Source: Raillietiella orientalis
Lineage: Eukaryota
DNA length: 64,000 nucleotides
Direction: 5' to 3'
Assembly: GCA_036172245.1 (NCBI GenBank)
Contig: JAYWIR010000046.1
Location: forward strand, 1,240,001-1,304,000
Shown here: positions 1 through 13,200 of the stretch, piece after piece
How positions within the stretch are numbered: the first letter of the stretch is position 1
Layout: each line of letters starts with the position of its first letter
The notes under the pieces: generated by a model
Told to the model about the DNA's origin: nothing
What the model saw: the letters and a program-made list of their open reading frames with translations, nothing else
The model's database searches: none
Made by a program: the position numbers and the translations under genes

Positions 1-3000
1 CATTGCGTTCGCTCCTGATCTGTTTTCTGATAGTTCTTCAACTCTGTTGAAAGGTCACAGACTGAGCCGAATGTTCATGTAATGATAAAAGTCCTTCATG
101 GTATCCAAGGATGCAAACAAGTCCTCAAAAGAATTCTCGGAATTAATCCGCGTAAACGAAAGCACAGAATGGAAACGTTCGTCGATTCGAAAGGTCTCTG
201 CAATATTTCTCGAGTCATTTTCAGGGTCTTTGTCAAGTCCGGAAGCAAACTTTTGAATCAGGAATTCGTCAGCGTAGAGTCACATTTTCCGGCGAGCAGC
301 TTGTCCGATGCCATGTGTCCCAATATGGAGTGAAATGTCTCTCAGAGGTCAACAGTCCTGCCTCTGCTGGAAATGGGACGGGATGTGTATTGACTTCTAA
401 GATTCTTGCAAAAAATAGCGACGCATTGCACTTCTGCGAAATTCACGCAAGCAGCAGAATCCAACTTAATCAGGATGGCGATGCATCCTTGCGTTGTGGA
501 CAGTCGGAAATAGGGGCTATGGGAAAGCGTGGATATCAGAAAATGAAACTTAGAGATGTGAAAGAGTTGAAAGAGTTTGGTGTTGCATTTTGTCAGGTTC
601 AGCATGAGTTTCTGAAGGCCAAGAAGTTTTTGTCTGCTGCGAGAAGAGAAACGGCCGTTCCTGAGGATGGGTCATTCGTGAAAAAACCTGTGCATACTGT
701 CCACCGTTGTGATACATGTTCTTCAATCATTCGGGCATCCTAATTTCTCGACGTTCTCTCGGTAAAAGAGTTACATCATTTTTAATTTTTCCGTATTCAA
801 TTTCTTGCCTCAAAATTCCCTCTTGAACACTAGGCCTTCCATTCATCTACGCAAAGTTCTTGCTTTTCGAAGCATAAAGGTTTTGTCTTAGTTTTCCTTA
901 CAGCATCGAAAATCATCCCATTGACGAGAAACGAGCATTCGAACAGAAAGAGGCTTGCATTTTGAGCAGCTTCTGAAAGACACACTCTTGCGTACCCAGA
1001 GTTCCCGTCTTGCGATCCATGTTCAGGTGTGGCTATTTTTGTCAAGTTTGCTTGCATCCTCCTATGGGAGGTAGCGCGGAGCGGAAGACGTGTGCGGAGC
1101 GTATCGTGCAAAACCGATGAAACAGCGTCAGAGTGAGAAGTCTTCCTTCTTGCATTTGTTAAGTGAGGAAAATCATCCGTTGCGTTACTAAGAAATGAAT
1201 AGGCTGTCTCTAATGGTAAAATAGATGAGCGGCAGGTACAAGGAATGAAATGCGAGATGTTCGAGGTGGAATCCCAAGAGAGGTAGGAGGATAGAGTTCG
1301 TTGAATTCAAAGTGCCTTTCAAACGGTGCGTCTCAAAGAAAATCGCCAACTCGATCCCTTGCATACGCCATTCAGAAGACAAACTACTGTGATGTCTGTT
1401 GGCATACAAAACACTGTCTCATCTAAACATCTAAGCGCCGCCTACTCCTAAGGGGGACACGTTTTGTTCAAAATAGTCTTCTCCTTGCTACAGCGTTTCT
1501 GATCATTCAAATCAATTCTCTTCGGAATCTCCTCAGTCTGCATGCAAAGCTCATTGTGAACAAACTCTGGTTTCGTCACAAATAGACTCGCATCAGCAGA
1601 GTCTATTTGTGACGCAAAAGCAGATACCACGTTTCCCATGTGCACTTTGCTGCGAAGGGCCTAAAATGTTGGTGTGTCTTCGAAGAATGTTCTGCTAGTT
1701 CGTGGAGGCGGATGAGTCGTGGCTGGTGAAGACTCAGAGCAATCGGGAAAGATTAGAAAATGTGGCAGAGCTCAGTGAAAACAATGGACTAGAAAAAGGA
1801 AAGCAGTTCCTGTTCAAGAATCATGGCGAGCTGCGGAAATGGGAAGACATGCCTGCACAAAGAAGGGTGCCCACTTTTGGGGAAAGAGAGGACTTCGTGT
1901 TTCCCCAACAGTCAGCCCCAACAGTTTAGCAAACTGCGAGTATCAGCTGCATAGCTTACCACCCTCATATTCTGCTACAAGACATCCTCTGTCGATACTG
2001 CACTGCTGTCTTCATGTAATAAGGGTTTAACAAGACGTCGGATGAAAGCAGTGTGGCTATTTACTTCTGCTCGTTGTCAACGAGTTCAGTGGACCGCCAA
2101 GTAGAAGCACGTCGCACAAGGTTTGAAGAGCCCTTCACGAGATCAGGTGTGCAGCTTTACATTTATCTGCGATGCGGTGGCGATTCCTTACTGCGATTAC
2201 TGAGGCACGCGAGGGCTTCTGTCAGCCTCGAAAATACAAAAAGGACCGGGAGCTACGAGTGTTTCAAATGGCTTTAGGCTCCGAAGGGCGACTTTGGGAT
2301 CAAACACAGTTTAGACCTCAGACCAGTCGCTTCTGCATTCGTTTCCATTGAGATACGTGACGAGTTTACGAGAGTGCTGGCAAGCGGAAATCTCTTCTGT
2401 GACTTTCCAAGAACCTGCTCTCTCGTAATCTCATTGGGATACCGGACGATGTGCACTTCAAGATTCGTAAGCTAGAAGTGTATATTTTTCTAGTAACTGC
2501 ACCGTTCTTTGTCTTTGTCATCATGCGAGTCCAGTCGTCGAGCATGAAGGGTTTCCCTGATGAATGCGATGTCTTCTTCGATCGCACCGCTAATGTGCTG
2601 GCAATCTTTGGAACTCTTTGTAGGTCATGCTTGCGTCTCTCTGAACTCCTTGTTTCTTTTGCAAGAAAGTGGTAGCTTCTTCACCTGCGCTTCTGCTGTT
2701 TACATTGGTGGCATGCGGTGCAGTTTCCGCTCTGTGGCTGAGAAGAGTTCTGTGCGAATCAACGCTTGCCCATCTGAAAGATTCCTCAGCTGTAGAGTCA
2801 TCAGCTGGAGCATCATCGGAAACCTGTTCCGTTCGCTAGCCTCGGAGAATGTCCCAGAATTTTTTCCCCTGCTTTGCTTCTCGATTGAGAAGGCAAAACT
2901 CACCAACTCTTTCTCGGTTCACTCTATCTTCTCGGGATCTTCTGAAGAGCTTGCTGAAGAGCACTCTCGAAACATTCGTTGCTCCATTCAGGACTGAATC

Positions 3001-4620
3001 CCTGCCATTGCATTGTGCTGCTGCGTCCTGCGTATATCCCCTCCACGTTGCACACTGCAGATATGGAATTTTGTTGTCTCGACACAAACGTTGCGCGACT
3101 GGGAGGCACCTGCCACCTCTTGGCTCACCGGCAGATACCTCCATGAGGTGTGGCATTTCTCAAGGGATTCAGCTTTCCAAGGTGTAAACCTCACCTACTC
3201 CCACGGCATGCGTTTCGCATCTCCGCACCAGAACTTGCGAAATCTGATTCGGATTAGCATGTGCACTGAAATTCAAGAATCAGCGTAATCAGATGGCGCT
3301 AGCATTTATCAGAAAGTGCATTCTCTCTTCTCAGAAAACATGCTGATGCGATTAAAGAATTTAGCAATCACATCCTTTTTTCTTATCTCCCTGTTCTGGA
3401 AAAATGCATCTGCATCGACCTTAAGTGACTTAATGAATGATGAAGACCTTTAGAACAAAAGGACTCTCAGAGAATCACAAATGTACACCTTGGTGGCCTT
3501 TAAGTACACCGTTGCTTAGCGAGGATGTGATTGGTCTTTTCCAGGTGATGTATGACTGTTCACGGTGCTGCACTTTTCATCCCGTTATGATCTGGAATGA
3601 TTTGCATCTTCTCTTCAGATAGACTTTTATTAGTTCTTCAGGTGTGCTGCGATCTGCATGCTAGCTGGTTCGATGCTGGGCTGCTTTCCTCTTCTCCGAT
3701 GGAAAACTGCTGTCCTTTATTTCTCCTCCTTGAGATTGTCTATGTCTATCGACGGCAGAGGCCGTGGAATGCTACATTCCTCCTTCCCAATTCATCATAA
3801 ATCATGGTTTGCTATTGAGCACTCGTGCGTTGGTTGCTGCAGCTCGCTTGGACGATGAGGATTTGACCGACTTCTTTCTTTCTGGGAAACCCCGTGCGGC
3901 GAAGAAGATCGGGAGTTCGTAGTGTGCTCTGCAGGGCGTGTGAGTTTTCCGTCCCCAGCGCTCGCGTGTTCTCTAATATTCCCTATTTCGATTCCGTCTT
4001 CCGATGTCCTTTCTCGCTGATGAGGAAGTCAAGGTCGATGGTGCTTTGTCTTCCTCCTTTCTTTTTTTCTCTTCGAGACGTTTCCAAGTCACTTCCCAGT
4101 GGGATCCACCTCGGAATTCCTCCCGTTCTGAATTCTTGGAGCGGAAATCGCCGGGAGCTCCGAGTACCGAGCATGCCTTGGATATCAACCAGGTTCCTAT
4201 GTAGTCTAGAGAACACTTCCAAGGTAGAGTTTCGGCTCCAAGGATCGATGCGCTCTTTTATTGGAAGCAGGTGGAACCTTGCATTGATCTGATTCGAGAA
4301 TAGCACCGTATCCTTTCTTCACACCTTCACACGCTGCGGCAGCGTCGTGGTACTCCTGTTTCGAGTGCTTAGCGTAGCACGGCTACAAGCATCCCTGCAG
4401 AGCAGTTTTCTCTCTTGGCAACCGCAGTCGAGAGCTTCGATAATTCTGGGAGATATGTGTGAACTCTGCCCTGCCACTGATAGGGCAGGGACCCACTATG
4501 TCCGGTTTAATGGATGGAAACTCGAAGGCAGTTGACAGATTTGGAGTCGCTCCTTTGACTTTGAGGATAGGAGAATAGGTTCTTCTGAAGATGACCGCTA
4601 TTGTGCCCGTGAGGAACGAT
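1..4620 (-). mobile_element. Heavily decayed non-LTR retrotransposon (L1/Tx1-like), running off the window start
   Basis: More GC-rich than its flanks, with many stops and frameshifts. Minus-strand motif remnants occur in LINE ORF2 order: GKRGICFCV (~1610-1640), VLYAN (~1400), VGDF (1339-1350, compare APE endonuclease GDFN), EILQRPFES (~185-213), and GLIP/EFF across a frameshift (~128-149, compare DGLPxEFY at the RT start). The upstream part (about 2000-4600) could be ORF1 but is not recognisable. Boundaries are approximate. Confidence 0.45.
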
Positions 4621-4679
4621 TTCGGTGCTCAGGGCATCGTTCGGGTGCGCCAGTTTTACGGGCCACGAATGTCAAGGAG

Positions 4680-5260
4680 AAACCTATTCTCTCCTGATTA
4701 AGGAGCTTTTGGAAACAATTATTGCGCCTTTGGTTTTCAAAGAGATAGACAGTTTCTGTTTATTGAAAATTTTGGGGTTATGCTGGATAATTAGAAGAGA
4801 AATGGAGGATCATTTCATTATTGAGAGCTCACAAGAATTAAATGGAAAGCAGAGAATGTTTTCACTTCTACTTATACTCATCGCGAGTAATCTAAACAAG
4901 GAAGGGTCGTTGCAAGAGTTAAACAGTACGGATACACCATACAAGTGGGCACTGCAACTTACTTAGGCAAAAATCGTTTCGGGAACTCGGAACGATGTAA
5001 ATGTGTTTGAGATAAGAAACGGAAAAATAAAACACATAAATCCCGTTCCAAATGTCCACTTTAAAACATCCAATAATTATCTTTAAGGGAAATCCCGGAA
5101 ATGACTCAGTGTTGCACGATCTCAACTCGTTGTGTCCGAGATATGTGTCCAAGCAACAAAGCCACTACAACAAATATACTTCACAAATACCCTACTCTAA
5201 TTTGTATTGTCCAGGGGTTCCATGACGCTCTTGAAATGTGCTCATAAAGAGTTGGAGTAG
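4680..5260 (+). mobile_element. BEL/Pao LTR-retrotransposon pol relic
   Basis: ELLETI...KILGLCW...DHF...KQRMFS, then VQGFHDALE (~5208-5235), echo the Pao motifs KxLGxxW..DxF, TKRxxLS and LHxFxDAS in the right order. The frames are disrupted. Confidence 0.45.
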
Positions 5261-6299
5261 TTATTTTCTCAACTGACTCAGTTGTCATGAGAGTTGCATT
5301 TGGAAGCAATATTTTGAAGTTTCACAAAAGTACCCCGATCAAAAAGAATGAGAGCATCGTTTTCTAAATCTTGCTTTCAAAAATCTGCTATGAAAATTTA
5401 CTAGAAATAAAAATCACGAAGATCCGGAATCGTGGGACCACTTTCAGTTAAAATCAGCAATGATTCGTAATCATTGCTGATTCCTAGGATCATCGCTCCT
5501 AATTTCTGATTTCGTGATTGCGTTTTCTGATTTTTTCCCAGAAACAGCGAAGTCAGAAAGAATAACAGTATTTTTCTGAAAAGGAGTAAGAAACTCGACT
5601 CTACAATGAATTTGTAAAGTTCTGATATCACAATCACATTCGAAAAGTGGGATTAATGCAATCTTGACTTATTAGTGGTGGACCGATTCATGCAGCGCAG
5701 TATGGGAAGAAAACTGAACTGTCAAATGTGAATTCAGCATTTTATAAGCTTCATCTCATGTTATTCGACGAAATGCGAACGAAATAGTGATTAAAAATGC
5801 AGAAATATCACCATGCTTTTCTCTATGACAAGCGTAACAGATTTTTATTTCCTGTATTTTTTCCATAGTATGGAGATGAAGTACAAGTGTTTTAATAATA
5901 GCATGCATTCCTGCAGGCATCATATGACAAAAATTCTCTGATTTTATACTGAGAAAATAAAAAATTAATTATTTATCCCCAAAATCCTTTGTGTTGCAGT
6001 GCATAGTGCAACTAGAATCTATATGTAAATCAATGAGTGCGAATTTTCGAGTGTACTCACAAAATAAGATGATGGAGCCGTCAAGATATGAAACAAGGAA
6101 GTTTTGTACGAAAAAGAGAGCTCTTGTTTCTCTGAAGAATTAATTACGTTGCTCGCGTCGAAACAATTAATTACCTTGAGTATTCCATTAGATCATGGGA
6201 AAATCAGCTCACTGTCATCGAAAGTTGAAATTAAGACGTAGAAGGGACTAGCACGGATGAGAAACACATTAATGAGCAACTGATGAGAACTTTATCACT

Positions 6300-7950
6300 A
6301 GTGATCGCAATGATCAAAAGCACTAAGAAAAAACTGCTATGGAAAAAATGACGTAAGGAGATCTGTAGCCATCAAAATAATTAGCCATAAATGTTGAGGT
6401 CTGCTGACGCATAAACTAACAAGCATCATTTTGGAGACCCGGAAGTGATGCGAACTAAACTGAAATAAAGGAATGTCAAAATTCAAGGGACCACAAATTT
6501 TTGTAGCTCATTTTCAAGGAAACTGGTTATTCGGAATGATTGTTCCAGAAGAAGGAAGGAATGTGACAAATGCAAGTTGCATGGAATGCTCAGGTTGAAT
6601 GGAAGTTTCGAACCTGAATCATGTATTGTACTTCAAGAGGACGAACTGTGGAACGAAAATGGACCGTTAGAAACCGAAAAACCTTCAGAATACATGGATT
6701 CGGGTTCGAAAAGATTCCATTTTTTTTGTCTCTCAGTTGAACTCTACAGGAAAGAGTTCTGTGAGGAGAAGTGGCATTATTCTTGAAAAAGAACCGCACA
6801 TGATATGAACACCACCAAGAAGGTACATTTGTAATAGAGGTTTGATTAATACTCGACTCGCAGCACCAGCAAGAAAATAAGATTAATGACGTTTGTCAAT
6901 CCATTTCTGAACAGCATCCAAAGCAAATTTATCAGCACCCACATCTTGATTGATAACAAAAGTCAGAGCTACAAGATACTGCTGATCGCAAACTGCAGTA
7001 TATAGTCTTTGAAGAGTAGAAAAGTGACAAACAACATCTTGAAGTTTAACTAAAGAGGTGAATGATTAAAAAGTAGAGGGCATTCCGTGAAAGAAAAAAA
7101 AAAACAGTTTCTACTTTGGTTCCGTGTTAGCGGGAGTAAAAGCAAGAGTCTGATTTTGTTAATGACTGAATGATCGAGTTCTGAAAAGATAAATAAGAAG
7201 TAATTGCTCGCAATCAGAAAAATGAGAACGATCAGACGATCACCCCAAACATCAACAAAAATGGAGTTGCCATGAATAAATGAGTTCAGGATGGCAAACA
7301 AGTTCCAAAATAAGGCGAGATTCGTATTCAGAAAGAAGAGCATAGGGGAATAACTTAAACGAACAGGACAAGGAAATAGAAAATGATAAGAGGAAACGAA
7401 ATCGTTTGATACAAGTTCGTTTTCAACCGATATAAGCGGGTAGCCGGAATGAATCTCATACATATGTTAGCAGAATTAAGGACAGAAAAAGACAAAAAGA
7501 GAAATCAGCACCCATCGCGTATATGATCTGATAGATGCATAAAGACATAATATGTTGAAGGGACTTCGGACGAATGTAATTCATGCTATGTGACGACCAA
7601 CTAATAGGAAGGGAAAACATTCAGATATTTCGCATCTGAATCCGATGTCATTAAGAAGGCACACATGATTGGTACGTGATTACTTTGTATGTTTATGGAA
7701 TAAATACCATCAGATATGTTCACTGTCAATGATCTACACGAATAGTATCCATTCATGCTCTTCGATGTAACAATGCAAGAGGAAAATTTCTTCACAACCA
7801 AGTGATTAGAACACATTAACAGATCCAGATAACATCTACATCTATTGAATCATTTTCAAACAGATAACGATCAATAGATCCGTTGGAATTCCTGCTTTCC
7901 TTTTCGATCGAATTGACTGTCTTCAGGAATTTTGGCTTGTGCTTTGACAG
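6300..7950 (+). mobile_element. Possible very old Ty3/gypsy-like gag-pol relic
   Basis: Purine-rich + strand with scattered remnants in plausible order: CDKCKLHG (~6563, zinc-knuckle-like), KVEGI (~7070, compare KVEAI) and NHFQTD (~7848, compare integrase YHPQTDG). No long ORF remains. Confidence 0.25.
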
Positions 7951-10181
7951 GATGAAACCATACATGGTATGAGTGTTAGCTCAGAAGAAAATCCAAGATA
8001 GGATTTCCTTCAGATAGCATAAAATATCAGCTGCCAGGCTTAAATTTTGCTACAGCGACAATGCTTATCTTTCCAACGGACGATTATAACCTCAAAGAAA
8101 AAAAATTCAGACAAACAAAAACCATTCAGATGAAAAGGAAAAATGAAACAGCGGGTGATTGATATGTGAATTATCCTTGTTATGTTTGGCAGCACTTACA
8201 AGCAAGGATGATTTCCAGGCAGTTAAGTGGATCAACTCAGAGAATATAGGAAATTACCAGAAACGAAGTCTTTTTAGTCTTTTTTTAGGCTGATCACTAT
8301 GCTTGATTTCCCTTCCATCCCCACTTAGGAGGGCATTCGTGATGTCCAAGCAAAAATTGTATTCCTTATTCATAAAAGCTTTCAATTGGATGAAAGTATT
8401 CTTGTGTGTGCTCAGCCCTGCAGAAATTTCATTTCTCATCTCTAGTTTTTCTATAAGCGTACGCATTGATATATACATATATGCAACATCTAAGAACATC
8501 CTGAATTTGGGATTTTCATTGGTACTTCCAATTTCCTACTTTTTATGTCTACTCTTGAGATCGAGAGAAGGTGTTGTCCCTGCACTTAGACCCTTCCACT
8601 CTGCATTAGGGAAAAACCTATTTGTAGAGTAGGAACTTCATGCATACCACCATTCTGAACGGCACTCAGAATCATAGCAAGCAGTTGCGAACAAGACATC
8701 GTGAGACCGCAATACAACCTCAATAGTTACATAACATACTTGTGGGAAGAAAAGGGTGGTACCAGAAATTCAAGAAAAAAACCAGTAGCTTGGAAAATCT
8801 GAAACAGTTTCATTTTTTCCTTCCAAATGGCTTTTATTCTTGCCGTCTCATTCGAGAATTCCCTTCTTCATCTCGTTGGGTTAATCAGAATTTCGAGAAC
8901 TTTTTTAGTTCTTCCAGGGCACCCTTAGTTCAGATCAGATAGACAGTTGCCCTTTCGAATACATGAATGGATACTTGATTGTAAGACTCTGAGAATCTTT
9001 TGGAAATTTACATCCTTCTAGGTTTCCATTATCATTACTTAAGCAGAAGCCTACTGATGTATAGTGAATCAGAAGAAAGGACTATGCAGGTGGAGAGAGA
9101 GTTCGTGAATCCTGGAACCAGTTATTACAAAGCTAAGGTTTCTTAAGCCAACAACAAATGAATCATTGCAATATAGTCCCTTTTTACTAAACGGAATAAA
9201 ACAATTCGTGGCTCCGCCGTGGACGGAAGACTGGGGAGTCCATGGGTTTCTTATGACTAATGGTTGGTTTTATCGTAGACTCAGGGAGCCATAATGCTAA
9301 GCTGGCTGGATAAACCAAATACCTTTGATGCATTTTTCTGCTAGCTCTCCGCAAATTAATGGCTCACCTTGAACTCATGGTGGACTCTAACCTTTCTTTC
9401 TCTTCCTCGTATTCGTTACTGACGGTTTTCTTTGCATTTTTCTATCCTCTCGGAAGGTCATCCGATTTGTTCAACGAAACACTGATTTGAGCTCTTTGGT
9501 GCTTTCCTGAAACAATCGAGCGCATTTTTCCTAAGAAATAGCATTAAATTCGAAATTACAAAACAAGACAACTTTGCCCAATACAATCTTTCATTCTTAT
9601 TTAGATAGTCGAATGTTAGTTAAGCAATTTTCAGTTTTCAGCAAACTGTCCATAACAAAGTGGAAACATTTCGTGATAAACGGAATGGTTGTGTACGGAG
9701 GGTGATGTTCTATAAAAGAGACCAGAAACAAAAATACATCTTCGGATCACACGATGACGTATTTTGTGTCGAAGAAAAAGTTGTTTCTCTTGAATTGGCT
9801 TCAGAGTGATTCGTGAACTCAAAACTTTTTAGAGAGATTCCCTCTAATACGCAAAGTTTGCAGCTGCACTTCTGGTTAGACCACTTCTGATCACTCACAT
9901 GCACTTTCGAAAGGAATCCCAAAAGTCGGTTTTATGAAGAATCTTGGACTGAATTCTTTTTCCAAAAATAATCTCCATGAAGTAATAAAAGACGGTGAAT
10001 TAATTAATCATTGCAGATAACTGTGCGTTCGAATTGAGAGATCGTAATATTAAAATTATTTCTCAGATTTCCACTGATTTGTGATACTGGAAAACAAGGA
10101 TTGTATTTGTACTTTTTAAATCCTGAAATAAAACTCACACTCTCATAAATTATAAAAATAAAGTATTTTTCGATTTTTTAG

Positions 10182-10292
10182 TTCCATCGAATCCTCCGGA
10201 AATCACTGACAGACATGGGAATCCATTGGCTGGAGTTAGCGGTCCATTCAACGAATTTGAGGATCTTTTGTTACGCTGCATCTCTTCCAAAG
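10182..10292 (+). CDS. Sidestep-like gene exon, first half of Ig2
   Basis: tttttag acceptor and gtttgc donor, phase 1 to 1. Translates (x)PSNPPEITDRHGNPLAGVSGPFNEFEDLLLRCISSK. Not in the ORF track. Confidence 0.85.
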
Positions 10293-13200
10293 GTTTGCTT
10301 CCATATTGCACTATGTGTATGAAGTGTAATGGAAAATGATACTTGAATTACCACAGTCTAACTTAACGAGACATGGTAAAAGTACAGGAAATAGCGTATT
10401 AATTTCTTAGTAATTGCTTCAATGTATTAATTGCTTCAAATACATTGCAAATTTTGAGTGGAAAATCGAACTTTTGATATTTGTTTCAATGCATGGAGCG
10501 TGCCTGATTAGCAAAACAAGAGAGATTTATGAATCCATAAAGAGTTGGTCAAAATCCTTGTATACAAACTCCTATTCCCTATTTTTGATGTGAAAAATTC
10601 TTTGATTCTTTCTTCAACCATTTCTTGAAACTGAGTGGTTTCACTGGTTTGATTTTTCATTTAAAATCATTGAGTGAGGCATCTATTTTTTCGATTGATG
10701 GATATGCTAAAACTTTTAGAGAAGTCGAAATAATTCGAAAAATTTTAGTTCAAGTAGAAATCATTCATTCCTTAATTAATTATCGAATTAATTACTTATT
10801 CATGTTTTTATATATCTAGGTTTCATGTATTTTCAATTTATTTCTTCCTGAGAAAAAGGTGGAGACTGTCACTTTTATTGGATCACGTTTTATCTGATGA
10901 ATAGAGTCTGATAAGTTCACATCTCTCATTTCTTAAGAATCGTGAAAAAATTCTTTAAGCATATTTCCAGAAAAGATACAAAAGCCAAAATAGAAATTAA
11001 AATTGAAAGCAATCTGCCAATAAAATACAAATCGAGTAGATTTAATTGAACTTATAGAGTAGTGTGTGTTTCCACCTTTTTAAATGATCGTGTTTTTGCA
11101 ATGATTCTGTAGAAATGAAGTATCCATCGTCCAACCAAGAAACTTTATGGCGAATCAAGGTAAACGATATGTATAAATGTAATCCAATTTCAGTTCCAGA
11201 AATAAGATACGTTTTTATTTTTGTGTTTAAGTAAATTTTTTCTTCCGTATGATGATAGAAAATTCTCATTTTTCAAGTTAAAAATTCCAATTTTCACAGG
11301 ATTGCAGGCTACATTAGATCAAGGGGTTTGTTTATGGTAACTATTTTTTAGTGGAATCTCTCTCTCTCTATGGTTAGAAATAAGGATGTTTTGGGATTAC
11401 CTGTCTTTCATATGCGTAGGGTGCAATCTACAGTCAGCTAGATTGCGTTTTTTTTTTAATGCATACTTGATTCCATATGTGTAGTGTTATTACACTTTGC
11501 CATAAGCATTTTCTAGAAATGAGCAGTTGGATTCCACCCAAGTGTACACAATCTTTTAAACTGTGCCTTCAGGATAAGCATATTAACAAATGTGCCACTT
11601 TCTTCAATAGATTATACATCTGTATATCTTGATTATTTTAGCTGAACTAGTTTGATCCTTAGATCATTTATTTTAGGCAGATTGCATGATTCCGGTCCAA
11701 TCTTAGTGCTGCTTGTGAACTAAGAGCGTGGAGTGCCATTTTTTATTATTTTTCGCGAAGGATTACCTTTCTGCCAACTCAGTTAGAAGAGGATTAATGA
11801 TTTCCGCCGTGTTCTCGGATAATTCTGTTTCTTTCTGTGACGTCTCTATCTGATCTTCAATGGTCCATATAACTCTTGAGTTTCCAAAAAAAAAGCTTAC
11901 AGTTATGAACCAATGCCGTCTGTGTAATGTTGATTATTAGAATTAATTAAATAAAAAATTGAATCAGTGACAAAACACTCGAATTCGAAAGGAATTTGAA
12001 GTTCTGATTCTTAAAGTTCTGCTTTTTAAAACGCTGCTATGGCAGCTATGAGAAACTCTTTAGAGCTGAACGAAAGCATGACTGTTTTAATAGGGGGCCT
12101 ATGTTTATTTTATTTTTTCTCTAAATGGTCCGCGTCTTTCAAAAATCTTGGAAAGATCCTGTTCCTATCTTGTCCGAAAAGTTTATTTAAAAAATACTGC
12201 ACGTTAAATGTTTCTTTACAAAAGCGATCGGGAGTATTTCTGGTATTAAAATCAGAAAAATTACCCCCGTTTACGATGCGAAAGAACTGACCTTTTAAAG
12301 AAGGAATCAATTCTCCCGCGGCGAATCAAAAAAGCGAAACTCCTTGCTGAACTTGATGGAATCTATTTCAAGGCTGAAGAAATTTGAGGGAAAACAAATT
12401 TAGTTCCATCCACTATCCTTTAATCGATCCTCTCCCTACTTCCCGGAATAAAAGTATGAGATCTTCTCAAAGGTCAGTACATGAAAATTCTGTTCTTTTT
12501 AAACGGAAACAAATGAAGATCATATCAAGCATGTAGATGAACGCTTGTTTACACGCAGGTGCCTAATTTCCAATTAAAGGGAAGAATAGAACCGTGATGT
12601 GATAGGTGGATTCCCATTTGGAAAAGAATTCATAATAAAAAGACCGGAAGTCAGCTAAAACATCAGGGAAACCTACATGGATTGTTGAAGAGGCTCTCCA
12701 TAGCTGGAAAACAAAAGATGAGTCGTCGAGGAGATATGAATAAGATCACGACTGTCCTGTCAGAGGGAAAACCATCCGAGTCCCGTGTAATCAAATACAT
12801 GCATTCTTTTACCTACCGAATGATACCTTTAGAAACCATTCATTGCTGTTTATCAGCTGCTTTTCTTTCTGTTGACTAATGGATGCATTCTTTCACATGA
12901 AGATACCAAGAAATTTTGTAAAATAATAAGAAATCTGGGAACTTCTGTTTTGAGTAAAATGCCTTGAAAGAAGTGATGGTACTGACATGATCAATAAAAG
13001 TAGATGTAAATAGATAACAGATGAACCACTATCATCTCGGTAATGATTTCGCTGCAATGGAATCCCATTCTCTCTGGAAAACGAAAACATAATGTAGTCT
13101 AGTTGCAGTCTCTTTGCAGCCATTCTTTTTCCAGAGAACACCTGGCTCCTCGCATGAATACAAATAAATACATTGAAGATTCCATGAAATTGTAAAAGTT

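Noticed and set aside
82..4535. Cluster of plus-strand ORFs in the first 4.5 kb
   Set aside because: They are best explained as antisense shadows of a GC-richer decayed minus-strand retroelement, and they have no motifs.
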